NCBI RefSeq assembly: GCF_036321535.1
Contig: NC_087436.1
Span: 116,376,001-116,440,000 of the forward strand
Reading direction: 5' to 3'
Source of the DNA: Camelus dromedarius
Lineage: Eukaryota
Length of the DNA stretch: 64,000 nt
Made by a program: the position numbers and the translations under genes. Each line of letters begins with the position of its first letter. The stretch's first letter is position 1. Positions 52,246 to 64,000 of the stretch are shown here, in pieces. The notes under the pieces were generated by a model. The model was not told the origin of the DNA and made no database searches. It saw nothing but the letters and a program-made list of their open reading frames with translations.

Positions 52246-53462
52246 CGGACCCGACCCCGCCTCCATCAGTGCGTGTGTTGGAGAACTAGCATGGGTCTCA
52301 CAATTCAGAGAGCAACAAGTTTGCCAGGAAGCTTTGTATCATGCCAACATCTAGACCTAACTACACGTGGAAAGAACGTCTCTCAAATTCAATTGCCTCC
52401 TTTGTAGGTGATGCCATCTGTCACCTCCCCCCAACCCCTGCCTCATGTCTTCACTCCACAAGCTGTGAACATGTTACCTGCTTTCTTTGGACTTGTTTAT
52501 TTTTGCATAAATGAATGGTTTTATAATTGAGTGCATGACTCTGTGAGTCTCTACACTGTCGTAGATTCCATGTACTTAATCTTTTAATGTTAATTACACT
52601 TCTAACTACTGCTTTGGTCAAAAAAGGACTTAAGAATGACTAGGGGGTGGGTATAGTACCACCCCTAGACCTAAAGGTGCTGCTCATTCCATAACACGGT
52701 TCACAACTGATTAAAATAGCCATTTGCCTTAGTTTTTAAGATACTCTTAGAGAAAGTAGTCTAATACATAACATCTTAGACCCAATTTGCCTAAATAATC
52801 ATTTCAATATACTGACATCTTACATGTTTTAAGTCACATATCCAAGAGGCTCAAGGATCTAGAATACAACTCGGCCAGAGGTGGTTAAATACTAAAGTTA
52901 GTTTCACGTAGGCAGTGACCTTTGCCCATGAATGTGCCCCAGTCCCTTACTCAGCTGTCCTTGGTTTTTTTTTTCAATTATATCTGTTATATTTGAGAGT
53001 CTGAGACAATTTTCTAATAGAAAAAAGAAATAAATCTACCCTTTCTTCATTAAAAATCCAATCCAGCAGGCAAGGTCTCAGTGAAGTCTTCAGGTGTGTT
53101 TGGCACATAGTCTCCTCTGGATATCAAAATGAAATCAGGGAATATAATGTTGTTCTTAAGGGGAAAAATTTTGTTTTCCCCTAGAGGAGTTATATGTACT
53201 TAATTTTATTCTCTCTGTTAGGGAAAATTGCACTCATCTCACTTAAATTCCACTGAGCAAGTTGAAAATTTTAGACCGGAATATCTTTCACTTCTTCCTG
53301 GCTTCCTGACCTTGAACTACTATGATTCCAATTTTTATTTGTTTACAACCTACCCAGTGCCTGGAAGCCCCAAAATAGGATTGTTTATCATCACAAATCT
53401 CTAGCTCCTAAATTAGAAACCGAAACCTGGGTGGTCAGCAGTCTTGTTCTCTATTAAATAGT

Positions 53463-53736
53463 TGTATCATTCATGGTTCAACCAGAGAAGCAGAACCAGC
53501 AGGAAAGAGCACAAGTGGGCAGGAACCCCTTGGATACAAACTGTTTAGAATATCTGGGCTGGACTTCTCTGATTAGGACAGGGTCACTGATGACAATCTC
53601 CCTTTTTGATGGATTTAAACATCAACTGATGAGAAACTTTAAACACACCTGAAAAATTCCTTTACCTTGGCCCCTAGATTTAGTATTTCACTTCCTGGGG
53701 ATTTTAATGGAGTTTACACATCAAAAAGTCATCAGA
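53463..53736 (-). mobile_element. MLT2 (ERVL) LTR, internally deleted
   Basis: TGTATCATTCATGGTTCAACCAGAGAAGCAGAACCAG..TCAACTGAT..CCTAGATTTAGTATTT..TTTACACATC. Confidence 0.7.
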
Positions 53737-55447
53737 GTAACAGAACTGGCCCATATAATATTCAAATAAGTGCAAACCCTATCATATCACATTGCTTCTT
53801 ACAAAGTGGTCTCCAGTCTTTGTTTCTCCAGAGAAAACACTTAAGGACAGTATGTGTTCTTCTCACTAACAGGTGATTCACCATAGAGATGATTTTCAAG
53901 GTTTGGGTAGGAGTACAAGGTGAGCCCATCCAAGCTGATATAATAGCTCTGAGTAAGTTAAGAAAACCATTTTTCATGAGGAGAGGATCATTCCTCCAAC
54001 TCTTCAGCAAAAGAGAAACACAGAACCTCTGGAAATTAAGTTTGATGTGGTCTTAGAGGAAAACTTGATGTTTCACCAATAGTAAGCATGCTGGTGAAGG
54101 AATATATCTGATAAGGTTCTTTGTGCCAGTGAGCTTAATTTCTATTCCTACCAAGGCAAATGATCACATTTTATTTCACATATCATGTTTTATTTATCGT
54201 CACCCTGATTATTAAGTCCCTCAGGGGCTTGCCCATCCTGTGTTCCCCACAAGCAATACTCATTTGTTCCAAATTTAAACCATCTTAGCTATGTGCTTTC
54301 CTACAACAGATCCAAAACAATGTGTGAAAATTCAAGGGAAGGTAAAGGACTCACACCAGCCCAAGAGTAAGGAAGAAGGCAGGAAACTAAAAATAATAAA
54401 AGACAAGAATTTCTGACATTAACAATAATAGTAGTACTAAAAACTTCAATAATCTTGTGTCATTTAAGGCAAAGCCCGGCACTCTGCCCTCCATAGTTGC
54501 ACCTGTCATCTTCGTTCCATTCTGTTGCAGCAGTCATTCATTTTGAAGATTACTACTCAGACCATCAAGGAAGGTGCATATATGTGTCGGGCCACATGTT
54601 TAAATGAACTTAGGTGCTTGAAAGTTTTTCTGTAGACCTAGTTTCAGCAGATGAAATTCCCTTGCCTGAAGAAAAGTCACATCGTGTCTACAGTGATGCC
54701 AGATAAATAGCACTGTCCATCCATGCGTGGCCCTTCTGGTACCTACCAGCCTTTGGGACTGGAATATATCTACTTGGGGCTACTCTCAAGATCAGTATCC
54801 AATATGCAGATAAGACTGCAAGTAAGACATGAAATACAGGAAGAAGATACAAGAAGGTATCCCACCGTCTAAGGCTAGGATGGGCCACATCACAGGAGGT
54901 GGTGCAATATGAAACAATTTGTGGCACAACATCGGGAGATAAAGAGCCTGAGTTCAAATCCTTTTTCTAAAAGCAGTTCTCAGTGACCTTTCCCAGCTGT
55001 TGGTTGTGGGTTGGAGCTGCCTGAGCCACTGATCTGGAGCCAAGATGCTTCAAAGCCCTATTAAGAATGTTTGGATCCCCACAAAGCCCTACCATATCCA
55101 CGTTTACCAGGAGATTTGGATAGGAATGGGGTTGATGGACTTCAATGTTTATAAAATCAGGACTGCTGATAATATGAGTAAAGTCTTAAAAGCATCCAGT
55201 CCTGCACCTGCTCATGGTCACCATTAAACAGCTTTAGGTGGATGGAATGTCAGTCTGGCTGTCTTGGTTGGGAACATGCGATATCGTGTAGACTTGTAGA
55301 CATGCCACTGCCTTCGTGCATGAATAAACGTACCTGTGAGATCCAATCATCAGTAATCAATCAATCAATCAACCAAAGCAGTTCTGTCGCCTCAGGAAAG
55401 TCATATAATTTTGATATGCTTTAGTTTCCTCACTTAAAAATTAGGCT

Positions 55448-56023
55448 TATTGTAGTCTTGATTTGCATTTTTCTGATAATTAGCAATACTGAACATTTTT
55501 TCATGTGCCTAGTGGCCACTTGTATGTCTTCATTGGAAAATTGCTTGTTTAAATCTTCTACCCATTTTTGGATTGGGTTGTATGTTTTTTGTTATTAAGC
55601 TGTATGAGCTGTTTATATATTCCAGAAATTAAGCCCTTGTCAATCGCATCATTTGCAAAACTTTTCTCCCATTCCTCAGGTTGTCTTTTTGTTTTACTTA
55701 CGGTTTCCTTTGCTGTGTAAAACTTGTAAGTTTAATTATTTGTTTATTTTTGCTTTTATTTCTATTGCATGGGTAGGTTGCCCTAGGAGAACATTGCTAA
55801 GATTTATGTCAGAAAATGTTTTGCCTATATTTTCTTCTAGGAGGTTTATAGCATCTTGTCTTATGGTTAAGTCTTTAAGCTATTTTGAGTTTAATTTTGT
55901 GTGTAGTGTGAGAGAGTGAAAACAAATATATGTATGTATATGTTTGACTGAAACATTATGCTGTGCACAGGAAATTGACACAACATTGCAAGCTGACTAT
56001 ACTTCAACGAAAAAATTTTTTTA
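55448..56023 (+). mobile_element. 5'-inverted (twin-primed) L1 with TSD, inside a MIR
   Basis: 55448-55917 antisense ORF2; 55917-56023 sense 3' end; TSD AAAAATTAGGCT and AAAAATCAGGCT. Confidence 0.92.
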
Positions 56024-57389
56024 AAAAATCAGGCTAAAAGTCCCGACCTACAGAATTATGTAATAGATGTTCATTGCTCAAAATGTGTCAGGTCCTAGTC
56101 ATTGAGGCAATGTCTTATATGAACTCTATCAACATTTGCTATTATGATTTCCCCAATTAAGGCAGCAGAGGAATTTAAGAACTAGTTCAGAAAGTGCTGA
56201 CCTGACTGAGATTCCTTTTGCTAGCGGCCTGTAGTGGGGGTAGGGGTGTAAACGGACATGCTTAGAAGCCATGAGTGCTTTAGGATCTGGTTCCCTGAAG
56301 CAACATGAAGTTCCAGCCAGGAAGCAAGCTTCCTTCAGAGCACAGACAGAAGGGCTGCAGTGGCAGGGAAGTCTGCTCATCAGGGTCTGGAATCTGCTGC
56401 TTGAAATAAAGTTGAGGTTCTGTACAGAATGGGATCTCTCTCCAACCCGCTTTCCTCCAGTAAGAGAGGGCACCACTGTACATCACTCTGTTTAATTTCA
56501 TCAGAGGGGTCTTAACAGTTGTTCTTGGGAGGCTCAGGCAGTTCACGGGTTCATTAGGTGGCGCCATCCATAGCTTTTTGTGCCCTGATTAATTGGTCCT
56601 TTCCTGAGAGGAGGTCAAACCGAGGGGAACTGCGGAAGTGAATGGAGCCAAAAGATCCCCGCTTTGAATGGGTATTGGCCTCTGGCCACTCCCAAGAAGT
56701 CCAGGGAAGAACAACACATCTATCACACTCAGAAGTTTGCTGCCAGGGACAGGGGGCAGGACAGCATCTCAGGGGAACAGAAAAGGCAGGACTAAAGCAA
56801 CACGATGAAAAGGAAACCATGAGATAGCTTCTTCCCGAGCCTCCAGCTCATGTTTTGTGGCTTCCAGAGACCTTTGTGTTTGCTTCTCTGAAAATCATTT
56901 TCTGTTTCTAAACCAAACTCAGCTTTGTTTTTCAAAGCAAGAACAACAAAATAGTTGGTGTTTATGTGAGACGGCAGCAGATAGCAGGCGTGACCCTTCC
57001 CTTTGTGAGCTAATGAACAAAATGGAGCCTATAAACACAGAGGTGGTGTGGCTGGCTAAGAAAACAGCACACAAAACATAGATGAGAAAGAAACATAAAT
57101 GTATATGATGGCGTCAAGAAATCAAAACATGTTAGGACTGAAAAGCATCTTTTAAATGTTCAAACATCCTTGGACTTGAACTCCTCCATATTGTGACTGT
57201 CCAATAATTTTCCAGCCTGAAATTATAAATTATGCCCAGGGAGGCAGAGCTGATTCCTCCTCAAACCAGCTCTAACAGATGGAAACTTTCTTTTCCTTGA
57301 AGCTAAAATCTTAATCCCTGAGGTTTTCAATTCTCAATTCATGTTCTACCTCTGTGTTTAGTTCAGTGCAGAACAAGTCTGGGATTTCC

Positions 57390-57568
57390 CACTGCTGAGT
57401 GTGAGTGAGCAAGTTTATTTTACTTTCCTGTGTCTCAGCTTCTTCGGTAAAGAGAGGGTAACAAAGATATCTATCGAGTAAGGTTGTTGTGAAGATTAAA
57501 TGAGATAATCCAGGTGAAGGATTTACCATCTGACCTGATGCATGGTTAGTGCTCACTAAAAGTTAGGA
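57390..57568 (+). mobile_element. MIR
   Basis: GGTTGTTGTGAAGATTAAATGAGATAAT..AGTGCTCACTAAA. Confidence 0.85.
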
Positions 57569-58135
57569 ACTTCTCTAAGTATTTTGTGTCATAGGACAGC
57601 TTTTCAAACATTTTGAGACATTTCATTATCCAGATTATCATTCGGGAATGCAATCAGAGATGTAGATACATTTAAACACTTTTCTCAAGATCTCCCTTGC
57701 CAAGCTTTTAAGAAGAAAACTCTACTGGCCAGAGAATGTGCCGGGCAGTATGATTAGCACAACAGTGAATAAGGCACAGTCCAGGTCTTCCATAAAAATA
57801 AGTGGGCCTGCTCATTATCAGAACGTGGAGGGATAGGGGAAAAGGAGACCTAGACAGAGGGACAAGACAGAAGTGGGTGCTGACCCTGGTGGTGGCATTG
57901 ACCAGAGTCTTGGATAGACAACTTCAACAGCTCAGTTCCCAGCAGGGCAGTGGTTTTTCACTCCCCAGTGCATCGCACAGTGCCTGGGCTCACTCAGCAG
58001 AAGATATGGAACAGAACCTTACATCTCCTCGAAGGGCTTGCCATTCACACCGGGAATACGTTATGATATACGTCCTGGAGAGAACTGAGAAACTGGGGAT
58101 GTAGTCTGAAGTCTGCAATTAAGTAGGTGGTCCTG

Positions 58136-58499
58136 TGCAAAGGATTGGATGTTTCTGTTCCCCTAAAATTCGTATGTTGAAATCCTAACATCCAATGTGA
58201 TGATATTAGGAGGTGGGGACTTTGGGGCTTGATTAGGTCATGGGAGTGGAATAGCCATGAATGGATGAACACCTTTATGAAAGGACCCCAGAGAGATTTC
58301 TTACCCTCTTTTCACCAGGTGAGGATACAAAGGGAAGTCAGCTGTCAGCAGTGTGGAAGCAGGCTTTCACCAGAACCTAAACCTGCCAGCACCCTGATCT
58401 CAGACAGCAAGTCTCCTGAATTGTGAGAAACGTGCTGTGTTGTTTATATCCCTCCCAGTCTCGGGTATTTTGCTGTAGCAACCGGAATGGACCAAGACG
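58136..58499 (+). mobile_element. MaLR LTR (MLT1A-like)
   Basis: AAAATTCGTATGTTGAAATCCTAAC..AGGAGGTGGGGACTTTGGG..TGCCAGCACCCTGATCTCAGAC..AATGGACCAAGAC. Confidence 0.9.
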
Positions 58500-60616
58500 C
58501 TATATGATCCTGGATAAGTGGGCAAGGGTCTCTGTTCACTGGAAGTTAAATATATGGATCGAGTGTTCCCTAGAACCCTTCAATTCCCAAAGCACAGGTC
58601 TTCCTGGATCTTGTAGGGTGGTTCAGGATCAGTGAGGTTCAGGTAGACCAGGTACTCCAACACTGCGATGTTGGAGTAGAGCGTGGAGTGAAAGCAAGGA
58701 GTGGATAAAGAACATATGGAGACGAGGAATCTTCCCTCACAAATACGTAGGAGAGGTTACAATGGTTTCTTCCAGTCGGTTGAAACCTGAACATTAGCCC
58801 CTCATGGTCTTGGAACAGGCATCAATTTTCAATCTGTCTTTCCTGAGGGTCCTTTATGCCCCCAGGCCAAGGGGAGGACATGTGCTTTTGTTTTTGTTCA
58901 AAGGCGGATGCTAGAAAAGAAAGTTAACTTTAGACAATTTTGCTTTTAGTCTTACAGCATCAACTGCCTCAAAAAAGAGTGGTCCAAGGGCCTAAACCAA
59001 GGGGAGGAAAAACACAGCAAGAAAAAAGAATAAAATTCAAGTCAGTATCCCAGTGAAACATTACGTCAGGTGCAAACTGGTCGGGCTGGAGAGCTGCTGG
59101 AAGGCCTAGGGAGCTACGGGGTGTGGGTCTTAATGGGTTTCTGCAAGGGTTTGGGGCTCTTGAGAACTTGCACATCTGTAGTCCCTTCTCTCTTCTGATT
59201 CAGCCTTTTCCTTTCTTTTGACTTAGTGCTTTTGGAAAAGCCCGATTTTGCCTGCACCTTACATTTTGTATAAGTGTACGTGGTACCTGAGCTCTTCCTA
59301 TGAGAATCACACACATATAATAAATGTGAGTCATTCAGAAAGACGGCAAGCTCTGCTCAGTTCAGTGCAAGAGTCTGTACCCTAGAGTGCTGGTCCAGTC
59401 CTTTTTCCTGATTATGTATTCATTGCACCCCTTCAGCTGAATGTATTTAAGTTCCAGGACCCCCTTTCTTCTCCAAGTTCCCTCTTTATTTCCATTTCAA
59501 CCAGGAGAAATTTTATGTTTCTACCTGGTCAGTGAAGCCTTAAAAATAACACCTGCATTTTGCTGGTTTCAAATCAGAAGTTCTTCCCTTTTCATGGACA
59601 TAGGGACTTCATTGTCATGAACTCAGAGGTTTAAGGATGCGTTAGACAGAACAAGTCCAGCGAGACTGGTGATGTGTGCATAAATGCAAGTCCTTCTATC
59701 TAAGTGAAGGTGGAGTGTAGAGGAACAGAATATGGCAATCTTGGAGATTAATCATAGATGTTGAGCACTAAAAAAGTTTTGAAGAAGTAAATAATTTTGC
59801 AATGCCTCTATGTATTCTACCAAATACAAGACTCTTTACTAAGAGAAAAAAAAAAAAAACAGAAAAAACAAACGTGCAATGCAAGTAGACTCCCGGTACA
59901 ATTCCAGTCAAGATAATTGCTGTGTTATCTCTGCAGAGGAATATGAAATTATATAGGAGCAGTAAATTGTTCAGCTATCTTTGAGAATTCAGTGGAGTCC
60001 ATGAGAAGGAAAAGAAAATCCAGAGGATTCCAGATATAGTGGAAAATGAAATACAGACATATTGCACTGCATTCTGAAAAAAATCTTAACCACCTAATGG
60101 AATATTGTTATTCTGGGAATATTTTATTAAACCGGTCATGGAGCCACCAAATGAGAGTTGCAGAAATTTAGTAATTTTAAGAAATAATAAGAGTATTAAT
60201 TTTATAATATTTTTCAAAGAGTTTGAAGCAAGTTAAGTGGGAGCAGTTAAGAGGAAATAGTGTGACCTTCAGCATATTTTTGTCCCTTCTTTGGGCTCAT
60301 TTTCCTTATTAGTCAACTAAGGAGTCTGAAGTGGAGGAGACTTGAGCTCTCTTCCAGGTTCAACACCCACAAAATAAAGGAGACAGTCACAATTTTCTTT
60401 GGAAGAATGGCACCCTGCATAGGAAATAAAGCTTGTGGCCTCCAACAAGCCACACCATCTCCCCCAAACTAGAGATGTGAGGGAAAAGTTTTACTTGGAA
60501 AATTTTATGAGGGAGGTATTTGCAGTCATCCTCTCTAAGTTCTTCTGACAATAAATCATTACGTCTAATTTTTCAAAATCATTTCTAGATTTGATTAGAC
60601 CTCCAGTAGCCTAAGG

Positions 60617-60848
60617 CAAGAGTTCCGAACTTGGGAGCCTTGCACTATTGGAGTTGCCATGCACATGCTTCAGGATTGCAGGGATTTCCTAAAGCTGTAT
60701 GCAAATTTCATGTCCATCAGTATGTATATATGCATATGTGCATGGAATTATGCATACAGTCGTCCTCATTCCTGGGGAAAAGATCTGTGGATTTTATCAG
60801 ATTCTTAAAAGGACCCAAGACATTCTAAATGTTTAGGGAGAACTACTG
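60617..60848. mobile_element. MER103C-like hAT-Charlie MITE
   Basis: TGTATGCAAATTT..TGCATATGTGCAT..CTGGGGAAAAGATC..TTTTATCAGATTCTTAAAAGG..GAACTACTG. Confidence 0.75.
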
Positions 60849-60865
60849 TTCTTATGCAAGGTACA

Positions 60866-61708
60866 TGCTATCGACGGAATTGTGTCCCACCAAATTCATA
60901 GGTTGAAACGGTAACCCCCAGTGTGATGGTATCTGGAGGTGGGGCCTTTGGGAGTGTTAACCTAAAACAATAAAATAGCCAGTTATTTTTACCAGCAAAA
61001 TGGGTTTATTTAGGAGCAGCTATGAATTGCAATCTGGGACATGCAACTATGGTGAACCACATGCAAGTCCAGTAAAGCAAATAGGAGGAAATTCTTTTAT
61101 AGAGGAGAAAGGGAAGTTGGGAGGGGCTGTTAGAAACAAAAAGTCCATTGGAGGAAGTTGAGAGCTCAAAGTGTAGTGGCTCTTCATTGGCTGAGTTGTG
61201 ACAGTCTCTCATTAGCTGAGCTGTTGCTAGGCAAAGGAGAAAAACTTGTCTTCCTCCAGCTGGGGACAGTTAAGTCATGTTACTTTCTGCCAGAGATACA
61301 AAGTACCACACTTCCTCTCGTGACCTGTATTGATGTTGAGTGGTACCTGCATGAGAATGCCCCCTTCTGGACTCCTAACTCCATTTTAGTGAGGGCTCCC
61401 TTTAGTAATTTTCACAAGAGGTGATTAGGTTTAGATGAGGCCATAAAAGATGGGTGGGATGCTTGTGATGGGATTAGCTTTATAAGAGGAGACCCCAGAG
61501 AGCTTGCTTCCTTTCTCTCTCTCTGTCTGCCATGGTCATAGAAGACAGCTATCTATGAACCAGGAAGTAAGTTCTCAATAGAGAACCAAATTGGCCAGCA
61601 ACTGATCTCAGACTTCCTTGCCTTTAAAACTGTGAGAAAGTAAATTTCTGTGCTTAACGCCACTCAGTCTATGGCATTTTGGTGTGACAGCTCAAACATA
61701 CAAATACA
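60866..61708 (+). mobile_element. MaLR LTR (MLT1A-like) interrupted by another LTR
   Basis: GGAGGTGGGGCCTTTGGGAG | insert | AGAGGTGATTAGGTTTAGATGAGG rejoins the MLT1A consensus. Confidence 0.9.
60955..61416 (-). mobile_element. 462-bp solo LTR, probably ERV1 class
   Basis: TG..CA termini, 4-bp TSD GGAG/AGAG, minus-strand TATAAAA (about 61094-61100) and AATAAA (about 61005-61010). Confidence 0.85.
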
Positions 61709-61791
61709 ACACAAAACATTGAATTCATGAGACCTACATTCTAGGCCAATGTATCTCACTAAATATGTCTGTAATCTTGAATATAAAAACA

Positions 61792-61927
61792 GTAGCTCAC
61801 AGAGAAAAAAATGTGATAATGAATATATGTATGTTCATGTATAACTGAAAAATTGTGCTCTACACTGGAATTTGACACAACATTGTAAAATGATTATAAG
61901 TCAATAAAAAATGTTAAAAAAAAAAAA
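61792..61927 (+). mobile_element. young L1 3' end (camelid-type)
   Basis: GTAGCTCACAGAGAAAAAAA..TGTTAAAAA poly-A; possible TSD AAAAACA. Confidence 0.92.
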
Positions 61928-63484
61928 CAACAGAACAAAACATGATTTCCAGTGAGAGATGGAAACAGTTTCACTTTGGATGTCCAAATTATACTTATAT
62001 TTTCCATATCATTTTGAAATTGAATGGTGTAAATTAATCAGTTTTGATTTTCTCTTTTATTTTATAGATGAAGAAATGGGAGTTTCCCCTAGCTAGCTAA
62101 TGAAGGACTAGCTGCAGAGTGGTGAATGCCCACCCCACTAGGCTGTGTGCTACTTAAAATCAGTGAGCTGAAAGGTTTTGGTCTACAGTATCCAACACTG
62201 ACACAACATGGAAACATGTCCTGTAATTTCTGGTGGGTGGAGTAAAATGTGAAACAATCAAATAATGCCTATTTTAAATATGAACAAATGACTATTTATA
62301 ATTGACTGGATTTCCTACTTAGGAAAATCAACTGAAAAAATGATTATCGTTGTTGTATTACAAATGAAAACTTTGACCCTGAGGAGAAGCTCAGGAAATG
62401 ACCCAAATCTCAGTACTAGTAAGAAGTAAAGGCTGTGTTTGAAACCTAGACTTTTATACTGCAAAAACCTGAACTGTTCAGCTTGGCAAAGGGCCTTTCA
62501 TTTGGCATCCGCTTAAGAGACTATTTAAAAATATATAAGTTAATTATAGCTTATGCTGGTTTCATAATATGAGTTGAGCTCATCTTTTGTTTACCTTCTA
62601 AAATAATTATTGGTTCCTCCTTGTAAGTCTTAAATAACTCACAGAGTGTAAAATATAAATAATTCCTAATAACCATTTTAAATCATTTCCTGTGTTACTG
62701 TTGTACTTGTGTTTTCCACTTTCTCCAGTCACTGTCAATTATATGTGTCTATTACAAAAAAGTCATTCATTAATATTTATCAAGTGCCCCCTGTGTGCTG
62801 GAACAACATGTGTTTTCACTTTTGTTTTGTTTTTTGTTTGGTGGTAGAGGTACAAGGACAGGGACTGACTGCAGAATGTTTTATCTTCAAAGACTTACCA
62901 TAGGAGAAGAAGGGCAAACAGACTGGTAATCATAACGCAATGTATTATGTTCACCACTATATGGTTGGATAATTTAGTATATATTATTTTCTTATGATAG
63001 TAAATCATATGTTGTTGTATCTTCTCATCTCTAATTTGTTGTTGTAGCTTCTTAAATCTTATTTTCCTGATTACATTTTCCAAATATTTATCTTTTTAGT
63101 CAAAGATTCAGTTCCTGAAGTTCTTTTGCAATTCTGTGAATCTTCAAGTGTTTAATTAATCTGTTTACTTTTTCTCTTCTTTCTATTATTTTACTTAGGA
63201 TTTTAGTTGTTGGTGTCTAGCTTTTCAGTATGCTTTCCTTCCATTAATTTCAGCCAATGTGTTTTATGTTTATAAATCACTGGCTGGTGTTGATTGAAGA
63301 CAGACTGTAAAACAAAGAATAATTCATCTTTAGGCCCCCCAGGCAAACAATACTGGAAAAGACATAAAGCAGGCAGTGGGGCCTTCTGTCTGTCAATAGT
63401 CATTTGCTTCTCCTCCCAAATCCTTTTAGAGAGTGCCCTCATGACAGGCATTTGGATCTTCTGGTCGGGTTCCAGACGTATCCA

Positions 63485-63660
63485 TGTTGGCATCAGTCGG
63501 GTGGGTTGGGTTCTAATTCTGACTCTGCCTTGTTAGACAGGAACATCTTTACCTAATTGCCTAATCTTCTTCAGCTTTGATTCCTGCTTTGGTGAAAATT
63601 GAGGCTGATAACACAAGCTTCAGAAAAATGACATGAGGTATATGGACGGAGTAAAAACTT
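63485..63660 (+). mobile_element. MIR
   Basis: GGGTTCTAATTCTGACTCTGCC..GAAAATTGAGGCTGATAA. Confidence 0.65.
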
Positions 63661-64000
63661 TATCCACGGACATAGAATCTCTATTTTCTTTAATCACATT
63701 AAATAGGGCTCCTCACCTCAGCTGGGCAGGAAATTTAGTCTCAGTCAGTGCTTGACCTCACCAGCTGCCAGTGTCCATGGCCTCTGACCTTCAGGCCATT
63801 CTGGTTGCTATCACATCACCATCGTCTTCATTTGCTGTGGGTCCTGGAAGTCTGATGGCTTTGCTGGAAATTCTGTCAATGTTTAGCTGATGGACATGCT
63901 TGTCCTTGTCTGATGTGGACTGCTGCAGAACAGGGCTGCCCACAACGGAGGTGCGCAACGGCCTCCAGGTCCAGCTTACACAACTGCTTCTCTTTCTCTT

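Noticed and set aside
58653..58678. Perfect 10-bp stem hairpin TACTCCAACA-CTGCGA-TGTTGGAGTA
   Set aside because: On the order of one such stem is expected by chance in 64 kb; too short for a pre-miRNA
63780..63900. IDRISS..PTANEDDGDV as an RTE endonuclease motif collinear with 63000-63250
   Set aside because: No GDFNA or SDH motifs follow, and the apparent spacing is partly filled by a MIR
1..64000. ORF track read as a gene set, operons, CRISPR or defence system
   Set aside because: Mammalian repeat-rich DNA; ORFs are at most 170 aa, many with non-ATG starts, overlapping repeats; no spaced direct-repeat array seen

Overview
This is mammalian, not microbial, DNA: AT-rich, CpG-depleted and largely made of decayed interspersed repeats (MIR, L2, old L1M, MaLR MLT1, ERVL LTRs, hAT and Tigger MITEs) plus at least nine younger L1 3' ends. 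Those L1 ends are cetartiodactyl-type and I saw no Alu, B1, BovB/Bov-tA, PRE-1 or CanSINE, so a camelid (camel/alpaca) is my best guess; this comes from recall, not a search. I recognise no host protein-coding gene, rRNA, tRNA or CRISPR array. The only protein homologies I can support are the L1 ORF2 C-terminus (8502-8780) and a decayed ERVL RNaseH-integrase-dUTPase region (about 27560-29000). L1 and LTR copies lie on both strands, which fits intergenic DNA. I found no convincing new biological system. Best leads: two 5'-inverted (twin-primed) L1 insertions, nested insertions with TSDs, a dense NF-kB/ETS/GATA/RUNX/AP-1 motif cluster at about 31.0 kb, a splice-site-bounded 369-nt open frame antisense to an LTR16, and a candidate minus-strand intron at the right end. 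Repeat family names come from remembered consensus sequences, and boundaries of old elements are approximate.
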